From the human T2T-CHM13v2.0 reference genome, Homo sapiens: 64,000 nt of DNA. The DNA lies in NCBI RefSeq assembly GCF_009914755.1, contig NC_060925.1; one strand, 5' to 3'. The position numbers were made by a program, and so were the translations under genes. Below the pieces are notes generated by a model. That model was not told where the DNA came from. It worked only from the letters and a program-made list of their open reading frames with translations, and did no database searches. Below are positions 43,108 to 58,070 of this stretch, in pieces. Position 1 is the first letter of the stretch; each line of letters begins with the position of its first letter.

Positions 43108-45639
43108 TATAGCTATAAGAATGGTCTTTGCAGCATTATTTGTAATAATGAGAAATAGGAAACAAATTTAACAATAAAGGGAATAATTATGGTACGGGCA
43201 TCAAAATTGAATACTCTAGCCATTAGGAAGAATGAGAGAGATCTCTCTGTTTTGACTTGGAAAAATCTCCAAGATACATTGTTAAGAGGAAAAAAGCAAG
43301 TTACAATATAATATATAGTATATATTAGAGTTTCACTTAGGAAAAGAGATATATATGTATATATGCAAGTATACAAATTCCAAACTGTTCCTACAGGATG
43401 CATAGAAATAAAAATACATTTGCCTAGAAAAAATGTCTGAAAGGATATATAAATAGTGTTTACGTATGAAGAGGGAAGTTGAACTGGGAGAGTGTGGACT
43501 TTTTTTTTTTACTCTACGAATTTCTTTTTTCTTTATTTTTAAAACAGTAGGTTATAATGATATGGTACATTATAATGTAAATGTTAAATCTGGAAAATGT
43601 AGAGAAGTATAAAGAATAAAATAAAAATAACTAGAATTTAACCACCAAGATAAATAGCGCTATTAATAGTTTTTGTACATTTCCTTATGATCCATTTTCC
43701 TTTGCAAGGAGACACATATTGATACTGTTTCTTGAGCCAAGAGAAACAAGAAGAGCAGGTTTACATGAGGGAGATGATAAATCAATTTTGGGACATGTTA
43801 AATTGGCATTGCCTGTGGGACGCTGAAATTGTGTTATCAAGCAATCGGATATATGGGTATGGCGCTTAGGGGAGCTCATGATCAGCTTAGAGTATTAATG
43901 ATTTCTCTTTCAAGTAAAGATTTTTAACATTCACGTGTCTGACACAAATAAAAATGTAATTCCTTGGGGCAGCATAGTGTAACACAGCTTATTAGCCTTG
44001 GGATTTAACGAACCTTCCTTACCTGCTGTTCCCCACTCCTACCCCAGCTGTACCATCTTTTAGTTCTGTCCATCTTGGGAAAAACATTTAAGAAAAGCCT
44101 CTGTTTTCTCATCTATCACATGAAGATAATGTTATCTTCCTTGCTAGATTGTTAAAAAGATTAAATGAATATAAATAAACACCTAGCACTGTCTAGGGTG
44201 CCTGGTTGGCCCCTTAACATTTTAGTTTTCCTATTGTTACTTAAACAACAACAACAACAACAACAAAACAGCTTATTTGTTTGTTCATTTTTAATTAAGA
44301 CAAAAAGAAGTATTGGCCTGGTAAATCCTTACATGAAGTTAAGGCAAAAACATTTTTTAAATTCATTTTGACCTTGTTTTGATCTTTCATAACATGTTTT
44401 GAAGATTACGTTATATCCATTTGTTTCTCTTTAAGGTTTGCACAGACCTTTGGTCAAAATTAACAAAATCATGACCTGATAATTTGGTATAATTGAAAGG
44501 AAATAATTTATGAAGTTCTCATAAAAGAATTAATCACACTTATTCCCAATGATTTTTTTTTTCATTTGGCATCAAAGATCCTCAACTTACAAGGACATTA
44601 ATAACCTGCTAATAGAGCTTCAAACTTAGCCACCCCAAAGGGTTAAATCACTGTACTCAAGTGGGGTTTGAATTGCTTGTCAGTGCTGAGGGTCACTATC
44701 ACGGTTAAATGACAGATGTTTTCCTGAAAATCCCTTGTATCCTTTCTGGTGATATAAAGTTCAGTGTCTGCAACAACAGGGTGCTGTTCTTTAATAACTG
44801 TTAAATTTACTCTTTAGAGACTTTACAAAGATGTCCTATTGCTCCTGGAGGACTCCCTTGACACCCAACTCTGCATTTTCTTTTTGCATAATGCCTACAA
44901 TTTAGAGCCACCGGGCTCCTTGTTGTATAACTCCTGTGTCCCTAGTTCAGTATAACCAGAATACTCATAAATCTCCTTTTCTTCCAGTAGCTTTCTGCAG
45001 CAGCTGGGGTATGACAGTGATGTCCCTGATCTATAATTCCAGACAGCCCTAGGATGAACAGATAAACCAATCCAAAGCCACTACGTCAGATAAAATGATG
45101 TTGTTTGCACAACTCAGTGCCCTCAAGAGATAGTCATGTAATACTCCCAATTTGTATTCTGCATAAAACTCCCTTTACAAGTTGTAAACTTCCTATGGGG
45201 AACAAACGTATCCAGCTAAAAAATGCTGAACATGTGACTATATAATGTAATTTTAAACTCAAAAGGAGTGGGCTAAGCCTTTTCTATCCTAGAAACTGAA
45301 AGCTATACATAAAAAATCCTGTCTAAGTATGACATTCTTCAATTTGGAATTCTAATTAAGCAATGTTTTCCTGAGACCCTGGGCTTCATACATAATGTTA
45401 GGAATATAACTGATTAATATAAACATATGAATTGTACTTACGATATTTAAGTACTTTATTCATAGTCATCACAAAAAATTTAACTGATTGTTTTATTATT
45501 TGTACTTTATTGACTTACAGTTGAGGCATCTAATTAAATGATTTCCGTGGTCACATTAATTACATTGGAGAAACCTTGATTAAACCATATATATGTTTTT
45601 ATTTGCATGGTACTTCCTAATTCTTCTCTCATTCTAGAT

Positions 45640-45843
45640 CAGGGATTCTCAGTCTTGGCACTATGTGGCCAAAACTGGATTAATTCTTTGTTGTGGGAGG
45701 TTGTCCTGTGCATTGTAGGATGTTTAGCAACATCCCTGGTTTCTGCTTAATAGATTCCAATAGCATGCAGCAGTGTGACCATCAAAAATGTTCCCAGACA
45801 GTGCCAAATGGGAGGTAAAATCACTCCTAGTTGAGAACCACTG
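45640..45843. mobile_element. MER20
   Basis: cagggattctcagtcttggcact...tgtcctgtgcattgtaggatgtttagca...ttgagaaccactg. Confidence 0.85.
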
Positions 45844-46734
45844 GTCTAGATATATTAAAGGAAATTAGGTGTGGAGTTTGAACTAACTTAGAGCAAAATT
45901 CTAAATGTTCTGTTAAAGGTAGTAAGATTTTCCTAAAAACAAAACAATGCAGTTTAGATTCAGCTGTTCCCTAGGAAGTATTCCTGGGTTTTCTCAGCCT
46001 TCTTTCTCTATATTCACCAGTAACTCTGAGCCCCCTGACCCCCTGCTTACTTCATCAGAACGTGCACAAAAATGTGGAGATGTTTCTTTCTCCACTCTGC
46101 ACTGTGGGCCTCTGCTTCCCAGAAAGTTCTTGTGTCACTCTTTTTTCTATCTCCAGCTTCTAGCACAGTGCATGCCACATAATACATGCCCCAGAAAGGA
46201 ATTTGTTGGATGAGTGAATGCTACAGCTATTTTTTTTCTTTTAGATGTATCATCTATAAATATATAGACTTTAAAAAAATGTGTGTAGGGACTTTTATTT
46301 TGCTTTCTGGTATCTCTTTAATTTGTATAAACTTGTATGACTTTGTTTTCTTGAAGCATTATTTATTCATCTTACTGATATTGGGTGCTTACTATCTGCC
46401 AGATACTGATGCTTGCGGCTAAGTATATGGTTATGAACAAAACAGATACAATCCTTGTCCTTAGGAATCTTAAAGACAATTAGGAGGCAACTACAATTCA
46501 GGAATGACCTACTTACCCAAGTCTATCTGACGACACTGATTTCCAAACAAAATTGTATAAGGCCTAGAAACTGCCTCTAGATACACTGTACATAAGAAAC
46601 ATGCCCTGTAGACTTCATGGGTTTCCCTCATGCTTCAGAGATCGCAGATTATTTCTTCTAACTTCATCCATGCTTAAAACCCCACAGGAGAAAATTCATA
46701 GTTAACGGTGGTGGTGTATGATTGTTAGGAAGTA

Positions 46735-47578
46735 CAACACATCTTCAAATAATATTGTTTTGTTATAGTATTGATGAGAAAACAAACACTGATTCCTGGC
46801 TGGGCCACTGTTTGTGTGGAGTTTGCATGGTCTCCCCATGTCTGTGTTGGTTTTCTCTTGGCACTCCAGTTCCCTCTTGCATCCCAAAGCTGTGCATACT
46901 AGTTGAATTGGAGTGTCTAAATGGTCCCAGTCTGAGTGAATGAATGCGTGTGTGTGAGTGTGCCTTGCAAGGGAATGGCGTCCTGTGCAGGATGAGTTCC
47001 TGCCTTGTGTCCTGAGCTGCCCGGATGGACTCCATTCACCCACCACCCTGAATTGGAATAAGTGGGTTGGACAAACGAATGAATAAATGAACAAATATAA
47101 ATTTCTATCAAAGTCAAAATTTGTAAAGTAGACAATAATCATACAAATGCACAACAATAAATGATGCGGTATGGAAGTACTCAGCGAGCCTGCCATATTT
47201 GTGATTGTTTTTGAACTGCATGGTGGGAGGAGGTAGTCCTTAACAATTTTTGCTCTGCAAATGTGTTCCTTGATTTAATCCACCAACACTATGGGTCACT
47301 CACTGATTCACCAAAAATTGGGTAAATAATTATCTTACTTGTTTTTATTAATCTTTCTTAAACATATGTATACTCATATTTATTTTGTGTTTAATGTCTT
47401 TAGTGTTTTTTGTCTTTATTTAGATATTTGGTGGTGGTTTGTGAGTAGATATATGAAATAGGAACTTAATTTTGTTTATATTAATTAGCCTGTGGTAAAA
47501 TTAATTTTGTTATAGTTGTTTCCCTTAAAGTTGCAGTTTCCAAGCAACCATCTATGATGTTCAGTGAGGATTTAACTG
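46735..47578 (+). mobile_element. Near full-length MER6 (TcMar-Tigger) DNA transposon
   Basis: gccactgtttgtgtggagtttgcatggtctcccc start motif; end gcagtttccaag...gtgaggatttaactg; TA on both sides (46733-34, 47579-80). Confidence 0.85.
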
Positions 47579-48029
47579 TATGTAACACAGAGACAGTGCC
47601 CTGTTCTTCAATCGGTCGCTTCCCATGAAGGAGCCTCCCAGGAACTAAGAGAGGCAATATTCCAAGGAAGATTTTGAGAGAGGGAGAAAAGGTGTTGAAT
47701 AGCTTTCTTTCTCCTCTAGTTACAAATGTATCCCTAAGTTTCATTAGGATCCATCAGCTGTCTGAGTACTCATGGAGTATAGTAAGGAAAACAGGTCAAG
47801 CTCTTTTGTCCGGTAACAAAAATAGGTCAAACTCTCCTGTCCTTACCTCTACCTGCTTGCTTACTTTCTTTAATTTCCCTGAAGTTACCACTCCTTATAC
47901 CAGCTTTCCATATACCCCAAGGAGTGTCCACATGAATATTTGTTCACACTACATGTGGCCACTGCCAAACACTGAGGTCTTTCTGCGTGCCCTCTCTAAA
48001 AGCTTCCTGTGAATCTAAATTTGGTACTA

Positions 48030-48452
48030 TGCCAGCAATATCATATGTGATCCTGCCCCTGTCTTTCTAATCTCTTGCCACTCTTCCCCTTACCCATTAT
48101 GCCACAGGTACACTGGCCTTTTTACTCCTCTGATATACAACACTTGTTTCTGTCTTTTAGCCATTGTGGTTATTGTTTTCTTTGCCCAGAATGCTCTTTT
48201 CCCAAACCTTTGCATAACTGGTTCCCTTTCATCATTCAGCTATGTTAAATTGCAGCTTCCTCAGAGAGGACTTCTCATATAGTCATTCTCTATCCCATCA
48301 CTCTGTTACCACTCACCACTATCTAAAATTATTTTATTTATTTGCTTATCACATGTCTCCTTCACTGGAATGTAAGCCCCATGAGAACAATAATTTTGTC
48401 GTTTAATTCGGCACTGGTACCTCAGCACTTAGAATGGCAGGCACTCAATGAA
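48030..48452 (+). mobile_element. L2 3' end
   Basis: ggaatgtaagccccatgag...cagcacttagaa...ggcactcaatgaa. Confidence 0.7.
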
Positions 48453-48689
48453 CACAACCAAGGTTTTCTCAATGGGTCGTTACAGCTTTTTCCCTCAGGA
48501 TTAGTTTCACAATGACTCTTAATTTGAATCCCTTCTAGATGTGTAAGACTCTTCCTATATGATGTTTTGATAAGATATTTGACTTTTATGCACTGAAGAG
48601 TCTTTGAATAACAGAGCTACATTATCTTTTAAAAATGTTCTCTTACATATACCCTAAACTACCTTGAGAGCTTGAGAATCATCTTGGTT

Positions 48690-49120
48690 GTATTTGGCTG
48701 CAAGCAACAAAAGTCTATGTATGTTGGCTTAAAGAAACAGGGTTTACTTTTCTCACGTAACAAGAAGTCTGGAGTTAGATGACTATTTGTATCGGATCAG
48801 CTGCTCAGTGTTGTCTGAGTCAGCGTCTCAATTTTTTTGGCCTTCCCCACAAAATCTCAAGATGCAGTTGCAACTCCAGGTAATGTATCTACATTAAAGA
48901 TAGAAAGAAGGGATAGTAGGGAAGGTTGTCCCTAGACCTATCTGTCTCCTTTATCAGGAAAGCAAATATTTTCCTGGGAATTCTCTAACAGACCTTTGCC
49001 TCTGTCTCTTTGATTAGAACTGGGTCACATGGCCATTCCTATCTGTCTATAGTAAAAGATGGGAAGAAAGAAAGGGGTTGGGAATTACTGTCGTGTCAGT
49101 TTTCCAACGGAATCTGTCAG
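48690..49120. mobile_element. MLT1-like LTR remnant
   Basis: ttggctgcaagcaaca...tctcacgtaacaagaagtctggag...agaactgggtcacatggcca. Confidence 0.6.
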
Positions 49121-49490
49121 AGAAGCTGAAGAAGCAAGCATACCACTGGAATAGCAACACGCTCTGGGAAATAGTATCAACATGCTATGATTCAAAGGAA
49201 GACAACAGAAATAAATAATGATAGCTTCAAATTGTTGAACATGAATGTACCATGATTGCATTAGTTGCCTTGCATTTAGTATGTTACTTAGTGCTCACCC
49301 AAACTCAGATAAGGAAACTGAGGCTCAGAGAGGTGAAGTAACTTCCAGTCCCACCCCAGCTCACACAGCTGGTAAGGAGCAGTGGCGGAATTCATGCCTG
49401 GTTCTGATTCCAGTGACTGAGCACTTAACTCTTTTCTGAGTACACTTAAAATGGCTAATAATTTTTAAAACCAGGGAATCCATAAAATTA

Positions 49491-49811
<321 letters not shown>

Positions 49812-49879
49812 TCAGTTACTTTTGCTTGGGAAGTGAGTAATGACCCTGAAGCTCATCTATCTAGTAACATTTAACACAT

Positions 49880-51070
49880 GTATTAATTTATTCAAATATG
49901 TATTAAAACACATGCAGTGTATTCTGCTAGATATTATGTATGAGAGGGGCATAAAATGAATGAAATACACATAAATGTAAAATTTCATACTGCATTTATG
50001 AAATTTTCAGTCTGGAAGGAAAAGTAAGACTTGCACAGAAAGAGAATACAAATTGGAAAGTGGCAGATATTAGACTGTTAGATCCACGAGGATAGGGATT
50101 ATGTCTGTTTTGGTTTGCCCCAATTTTGCCCTTACCAGGCATATTCCTGTACACAGCAGAAATTGAGCACATATTTGTTCATTTGAACAAAAGAAAGGAA
50201 CAGATAGAATGTGATTAGACTTCAGAGAAGGAAAGATATATTCCAATGGAAGGAATTAGGCAAGGCTTTGCAATGGAAGTGGTATTTAACCTAGGACTTG
50301 AATGATGCAAATGATTTGGAGCTAAAGAACTGAAGATGATGGGAGTGGTAGAAGAACAGCATTCACGGAAGAAGTATCAGCAGGAGCAAGGCACAGAAGA
50401 AAATCATGCACTGTCTCTAGGGAACAATATGTGCCTTATATGCAGGTCACTTGAATGCAGTAGAAGAATCAGTGGGTGGCAGGTCATGGAGAGCCTTGGA
50501 TGCTAGCCTAGAGGGTTTGGATTTTTGTCTGAGGCATGAGGGAGACAATGGGGTGAAATGAGCAGAGCTGTACTTCAGGAGGATGAACCTGCCAGCAATT
50601 TTAAGATGTATTGGAATGAAGACAAGCTGGTATGAGGTGGAGAGTGCAGTTAGAAGGCTAGTGTAACATTCCAGACAGAAAAGGTGACGCCCCAAGGAAG
50701 GCCTAAACATGGGTAGCTGGAGAGGAGGCAACAGGTTTAAAAGATGTGCATAGAAGAAGGCAGTACCTGCCATTCATTTGAAGCAGGAGGTCAGTGAGAT
50801 GGAAAAATATCAAAGATGGAATACGATTTTTTAACTAGAGTGACTGAAGAATAGTGGTACCATGAAAATAAATCAAGCTCACTGAAGGAAAGCCTCATAT
50901 TTGTTGGTTTGTGAGGAGAAATGTTAAGCTTCGTTTTGGTCATTTGAGTTTGAAGGCCTTTTCGGATATTCAAGTATGAATAAAGTTTGGGTGGTAAGTG
51001 TTGGAGATTCTCTGTCAGCAAGGAAATGATGGTCAAAATCCAAGGAGTATTCCAGGAAGAGCACAGACGG
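49880..51070 (-). mobile_element. Degraded L2
   Basis: ttcaaatatgtattaaaaca end and purine-rich L2 antisense body. Confidence 0.6.
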
Positions 51071-51239
51071 AAGATTCTAAAGACAGATCTATGGTGCCCT
51101 TCAGCTTGCTGAAGCCATCCTGGGCCCTTATCACTGTGTCTAGGTAACCAGTGTTTACATAATAAAGGGGTTTGGGTAACAGAGGATGTCTTTGGAGACC
51201 CTAAGCTAAAGTATTGTCAGTAATTTTGGTTTGGGGGTA

Positions 51240-51255
51240 TGTGTGCATGTGTATA

Positions 51256-51291
<36 letters not shown>

Positions 51292-51320
51292 AGAGAGAGA
51301 GAGAGACAGACAGACAGAGA
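51240..51320. repeat. Compound microsatellite (TG)n-(AG)n-(CAGA)n
   Basis: Seen directly. Confidence 0.92.
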
Positions 51321-53069
51321 CTGGTTCTTCAATGATTTAGTGATTGCCAGTTCTGCCCTAAGCAGTTTTTATAGTGGGAAGCAGGGGGCAGCAGAGTCCC
51401 ACCTTTCAAAAGGGATTCAGCCCATAAAATCACATTTTTCTGCATCTTTTTTTGTTGTTGTCAATTAAACCATATCCCCTTCTTAAAGTTGGAGAAAATA
51501 ATTTCTAAGTTGCTGTCTTTGGGCACAGCATATGGATCTGGAGCTTAACTTTCGGGGAACCTATCTCCAAACTGATTATGGAAACCTCTTTTAAAGAAGT
51601 GAGTTAAGAACTTAAAGAACTTATTTACTGGTGTTGGTCTGATTGATGCTATTTCAATGAAAGAGCTGGGATTAGAATTTCAATGGGGAATTTTTAGCCT
51701 GAAGGCTAACTCTGTCCTGAAGACTTTGGTTTGTATTTAAAGGAAAGAGAATTAGATTCATCACAGCAGCACTTTTAAGATACATTTGCTATTATAGTTA
51801 CAGTAGTGAATACAGTCCACAGTCCTTGCTGCTATTGGCGGCTTTTCCTCAAGACAGGTTAACCTGGGATAAGGGTGGGAAATGAAGCCATGGTTACAAT
51901 AATAACTCATATTGCTTTTTTTTTTTTTTAAACCTAACTCACTATTGCAGAACCTCTAGTTCTTTCTCATCTCTGTTGTTTTACCTCTCAGTCTTTGCCT
52001 GCTGTCTAGACTGCCTGTGAAGCAAGTGGCACGAGGCTTCTTCTTTCTGTTTCTAGTGCTTGGCTGTGGTGTCTTCCACCAGGTGATGTCACTGCTGGGC
52101 CCTGAGCAGTGGGTCCTACTGTTGCAGAGCCATGCTGGACTGTGCAGAGGTGGGGGGCTTGCTTCTCCCTTTTCTGCCATACTTTGTTTGATGGACAAGG
52201 ACCGTATCTACTGTGCATTTTCACATCTGATTCCCTACGATGTATAGGTGTTTGACAATTCTTTTTGATTGTTGTTAGGCACCAAAGACTTTTCAGCTCC
52301 ATCTCATGGAATTTCAAATTAAAAATTGTTAAATTAGTTCTTGTACTTTTTCTTTCTAGGTTTCAGACATGTATCCATAGGGATAAGAACAAAAAGCAAA
52401 CTGTCATGAGTTCCAGAAAAAAGGTGGGGGCAATGTGCAAATAACGGTGCTTAGCGCAAATCGTTGAGTTGAGATGAGGCCTGAGGTAGGGGCTGCACAC
52501 ACATACATCTTTAATATTGCTTTTGACTCTGGCCACACCACCCTATCTTCAGTTCTTTGATTATGGCATTCCCCTTAAACTTTCAGGCCTTTGTTCATAG
52601 TACTTTTCCCCTGGTAATCTGTTTCCTCTTTTCTGTTTCATCAGCTTTTCTTTCCTGCCTTAGTTTTCTTTTTCCCCCATAGCACTTACCACTTTTGAAC
52701 ACATTATATAATTTATTATGTTTATTGTCTGTTCTCCCATCCTCCTACTAGAATATAAAAGATCCATGAGTGCAGGGATCTTTGTTTTTTTGTTCACTGA
52801 TCTATCTCAAGCACCTAGAATACTACTTTGAATATAATAGGTATTCAGTAAATGTTTGTTAAATGACCAAGCGGATCCTTGAAGGTGCAACTCAAATGTT
52901 ATTGCCTCAGCACCCTACTCTCAAACCTGGATAAAATTTGTTTATTCTCCTATATTACCATTGTACTTTGTTTATATTTGTATCACAGCAGTTAAGTCTA
53001 TCATAAAGAGTTAATTCATATTTCAATAAAAATGATAATGTAATAAAATATTAACTTGGACATTTTAAC

Positions 53070-54220
53070 TGAGGTGCCAAGTTGCAACAAGTATGAAATT
53101 CCAAAGTGGTTTGCCATCCAAAAATGCAAGTTTTCATGAGTTTCTCGACTCTTAAAAAACCCCACCCACATTAAAGATACTGAAGGATCAAGAAAGTGGA
53201 GATGAGGGGAAGTTTGATAGGATTTCTTTTGAGAAAGCGTGGTTGTGAGTACCCTGCCCCTGCCAGGAAGAGCACAGAGACTGCTTTTCCCTTCAGATGA
53301 AGTCCAGAGACAGCTTCCGAAGGGACCTCATGGAGATGTGTGTCTCTGGAAGTGAGGAAGACACAGCTGCTTTCTGAATCCTACTTGGAAAATTTAAAAG
53401 GCGAAGAGACAGGCTGGCCAGCTGCTCTAATGACAGGAGTAAGGAGACGCTCCCAGAGTTAGCTGGGTGAGAGTTTCCCTTAGAGCAAATGTGAGCCATG
53501 TGGGAGCCTGAGCCAGGCAGGAGTCATTTAAAATCCTTCCCAAGATTGCTGCCTGGGGGAGAGACAGGGGACGGCAGAGAAAGGAGGTGGCTCGCAGGGG
53601 TAAGATACATTATTTCTCTCAGATGAAGAGTATTCAAATATTTCTAATTTTTTTTTTTTTGGTTGGGGGAGTGCCCTGAAGAACCCAGAGAATTGTTAGA
53701 AAAAGTCATCTTTAAACATCTATCAGGCCCTCAGAGCAAGAAGCTGGCCCAAAAGAGAATCAGTTAAAATAAGAACTTTCTGCCCACTTTTACCTCTCCT
53801 CCATCCCACTTTCTTTGCCTCTGGCAGGGTCAGAAGCTAGACAACAAGCTGGGGGAGAGAAGAAATGCTGAGGGCTGGAAAGGTGTGTGGGGATGGGGCA
53901 AGGGAGAGGCCTCTTTTTCTTACTAAATGCTGCCAGCCTGCAGCAAAACCCTCCTGGGAGACAATTTAACATTAAATCAGGTTACAAGTTATACTTCTTA
54001 TGAGGGACTGGACTTTCTGATTTCTGAATTAAGAGCTTTTATGGCCTAAAGTGACCTGAACGCTTTTTTAAAAAAATTATTATTACCTAGGAATAATCAG
54101 AAATGTTGTGATGATGTCTGAGATTTTGTCCAGGGTCGGGGGAAGTACTTCCCCCACTACATAAATTTTAAAAGGGACAGTGGGAGTCAGAAATAGTCAT
54201 GCTGTGTGATTACCTCCCAT
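53070..54220. mobile_element. Probable ancient Gypsy-like LTR (MamGypLTR type)
   Basis: ggactttctgat...tttgtccagggtcgggggaag...aaagggacagtgggag motifs recalled from this class; family uncertain. Confidence 0.4.
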
Positions 54221-54437
54221 GAGTACTCACAGTGTCAGTGACAATAATCGTGTTCGCTGATGTTTATTGTGTGTCCACTGTTTTTCAGCCACTCTGCTAA
54301 ATATTAATATATTTGCCTGTGCCCAACAATCCTATGTGGTAGGAACTCTTCTTATCCCATTTTGCACCTAGGAAAACTCAAGTTCAAAGACATAAATAAC
54401 TTTCCTGAGGTTTCCAACCAGTTAGAAATAGAGTTAG

Positions 54438-55459
<1,022 letters not shown>

Positions 55460-55529
55460 ACAAAATTTTAAACTTTTAATATGTGTTGTTGACAATATTT
55501 TACAGTAACACATATAAAATTTAGCAAAA

Positions 55530-55760
55530 TGTAGTAACAAGGAACGTAGACTTTAGAGTCAGTGGACATGGGTTTGAATCCTGGTTCCACATCTTGATCG
55601 CTGTTCTGTCTTTGGGAAAATGACTTAACCTGTCCATGCCCCAGTTTCCTCATTTATAAAATAGAAAAATAGTACCTATATCATAGTGTTATGGTGAGGA
55701 GCAAATAAGATAATAAACATAAAGCACCTAACACTGCCTAGCATTTGGCACATGGTAGAT
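55530..55760 (+). mobile_element. MIR
   Basis: tgggtttgaatcctggttcc...cagtttcctcatttataaaat core. Confidence 0.78.
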
Positions 55761-56504
55761 GTACTTGTCATACCCTGTGGCTCAAAAATGGGATGACATT
55801 TACTTATTTGGGTTATGTGTTATTTTGTATTTCTGAATTCTCAGCAGTAGAGTTTGGTCATAGTATACAGTCAGACCCAACCCTGAGAAAAATCGTGAAG
55901 TACAGTTGAAGCTCTTGACCAGCCCACATGCTCCATTTCTACAGCAGTCTTGCCTTTGGATGCCCCTGCTGGCTGGGTGCTCCTACTAGTTGGCCACTCA
56001 CTGCTCCCATGTGCATCAGCCCACCTTGTAAGGTGTGCATTTGTAGTGCATCCCTGTGCTTGTTCCTAAATCTGTTTGTCATTGTAATTACATAATTCAA
56101 TTAAATATTATTTAAATAGAGTGTGAGTATGAAGAGATTGGAGGACTTTTACAGTTATCTCCTTGCCTTGCCTTTTCTCTCTAATGAGGGCACTCTTTCC
56201 TTGTGCTTGCTTCCCTTTGTTTGGGGCAAAGAACTGACTAAATTCATTTATACTAAGGCACAAATGCCTGCTGCCCCTCTCAGGGTCAACTGCATTTTAA
56301 TAGAGATTTAATGCTGTAGCCAAAGGAAGAAAGCTCTAATTTTGGAAGTTGGGTAGGATGACTGTTTGTCCTATCCAAAAACATGTCGTAAATCCTTCTT
56401 CATCCCTCCTCTGCATACTTTGAAATATGTTGTTATTTCTGTTACAAGCGTGCATTGTGTCTCCATGGCCATTCATACCTCTGGCCAGAGGAAATGTATG
56501 TTAA

Positions 56505-57333
56505 CCCTTTTCGGATTTGCCTTGAGAATACTCACCAGTGGTGCTTGTGGCTGCAAGACCCCGAGATAACCTTGCCACAAAATATCTCACTTTTATTATT
56601 ATTTTTGCATTGCTCTAGTATATCAACTTTGGAAATGAAAAACATCATTCTATTTATAGCATTCTGCTTTTAGTAGTGGTATTCTGGCTTACAAAATACA
56701 GTAATTCTTGATTGCTGAAAATGTCAGATCTTAGAAAACATAGCATTCCTATGTGTGATGCTAACATTGTCCTTGAACAGTTGTTGCCTGAAGATTGATT
56801 TGATGAATCCGATTTTTCTGAAATAGACAATTCTGATATTAGCGCTGTTTAGAAATAACTCCAAGAACGGCAATATGGTTTGGATCTGTGTCCCCACCAA
56901 AATCTCATCTTATATTGTAATCCCCATGTGTTGAGGGAGGGAGGTGATTGGATCATGCAGATGGTTCCCCCATGCTCTTCTCATGATAGTGAGTAAGTTC
57001 TCATGAGACTTGATGGTTTTATAAGTAGCAGTTTCCCTGCTCTTCCCTCTCCTACCACCTTGTGAAGAAGGTGCCTGCTTCCCCTTCCGCCATAATTATA
57101 AGTTTCCTGAGGCCTCCCCAGCCATGCAGAACTGAGTCAATTAAGCCTATTTTCTTTATAAATTACCCAGTCTTAGGGAACTTCTTAGAAGTGTGAGAAC
57201 GGACTAATACAAATAGTTTTTATCTTTTATTTTCACATTGAAAATCTGTCAGATTTGCTTCAGCCTCAAAGAGCGTGCTTATGTAAAATTAAATGAGTGC
57301 TGGCAGTGAGTGGCACATTTTTTTCTAAGTGGG
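56505..57333 (+). mobile_element. MER75 (piggyBac-family non-autonomous element), complete, interrupted by an LTR
   Basis: TTAA|CCC ... GGG|TTAA ends (56501-04, 57334-37); internal sequence matches my recollection of MER75 (ccccgagataac...; cagatttgcttcagcctcaaagagcg). Confidence 0.88.
56871..57211 (+). mobile_element. THE1 (THE1D-like, ERVL-MaLR) solo LTR
   Basis: atatggtttggatctgtgtcccc...aagtttcctgaggcctccccagccatgc...ggactaataca. Confidence 0.88.
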
Positions 57334-57669
57334 TTAATTTTCTAATTGTCATTTGTCTTATTTCACTGGGAGTGGTGCAGTACACACTGTAGTTAAATTT
57401 GGAAGCAGAAGCTATGGAACAACTTCTCCCACCCACAGAATATACTCACACCTTTTGTTCTTTTGTGGCCAACCCCCAGGTACAGAGATAATCACAAAAT
57501 TTAAGTTTACTGAATTCCCATATGGCAACATGGGTCTTTTATTTATTTTTGCACACTGCCTTGGTAAATGTTCATAGAACAAAAAGCCTGATTCCCACTT
57601 AATATATGTTTATATATTCATATATGTTCATTTAGTGAAGAATTAAGAACATGTTACAACTGGAATTAT

Positions 57670-58070
57670 ACAATTGAAGGAAATTAGAGAAATTTTAGTC
57701 CAAACACCTCATTTTATGCATAAGGAAATTGAGCCAAAGAGAAGTGACTTGCCTAAGTTCATAGAGTGAGTTAATCCCAGGGTTGGATTTAGAACTCAGA
57801 TCTTCTGACTCTTAATCTGGGGCTCTTTTGCTGTTCTAGCTATTATATTGGAAAATATTTAAATAATATCCAACATTTATTGACTACATATTACATTCCA
57901 GATGTTATTAATACTCTTTACATTTATTAATCATTTTACTCTCACAACAGCCCCACGAAGTGGGTACTATTATTATACTATTTTACAAATGCAGAAACTA
58001 AAGCATGCAGTGTTAAATAACTTATGCAAGGTCAAATGGTAGAATCGGATCTTGAAAGTAGGAATTTTAA
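57670..58070 (-). mobile_element. Two MIR fragments
   Basis: cattttatgcataaggaaattgag and ttttacaaatgcagaaactaaagc cores. Confidence 0.65.

Noticed and set aside
46702-47744. Overlapping ORFs up to 164 aa
   Set aside because: Lie within non-autonomous MER6; no transposase motifs.
51960-52400. Acceptor-like sites suggesting lncRNA exons
   Set aside because: No convincing paired donors or promoter; cannot be supported from sequence alone.
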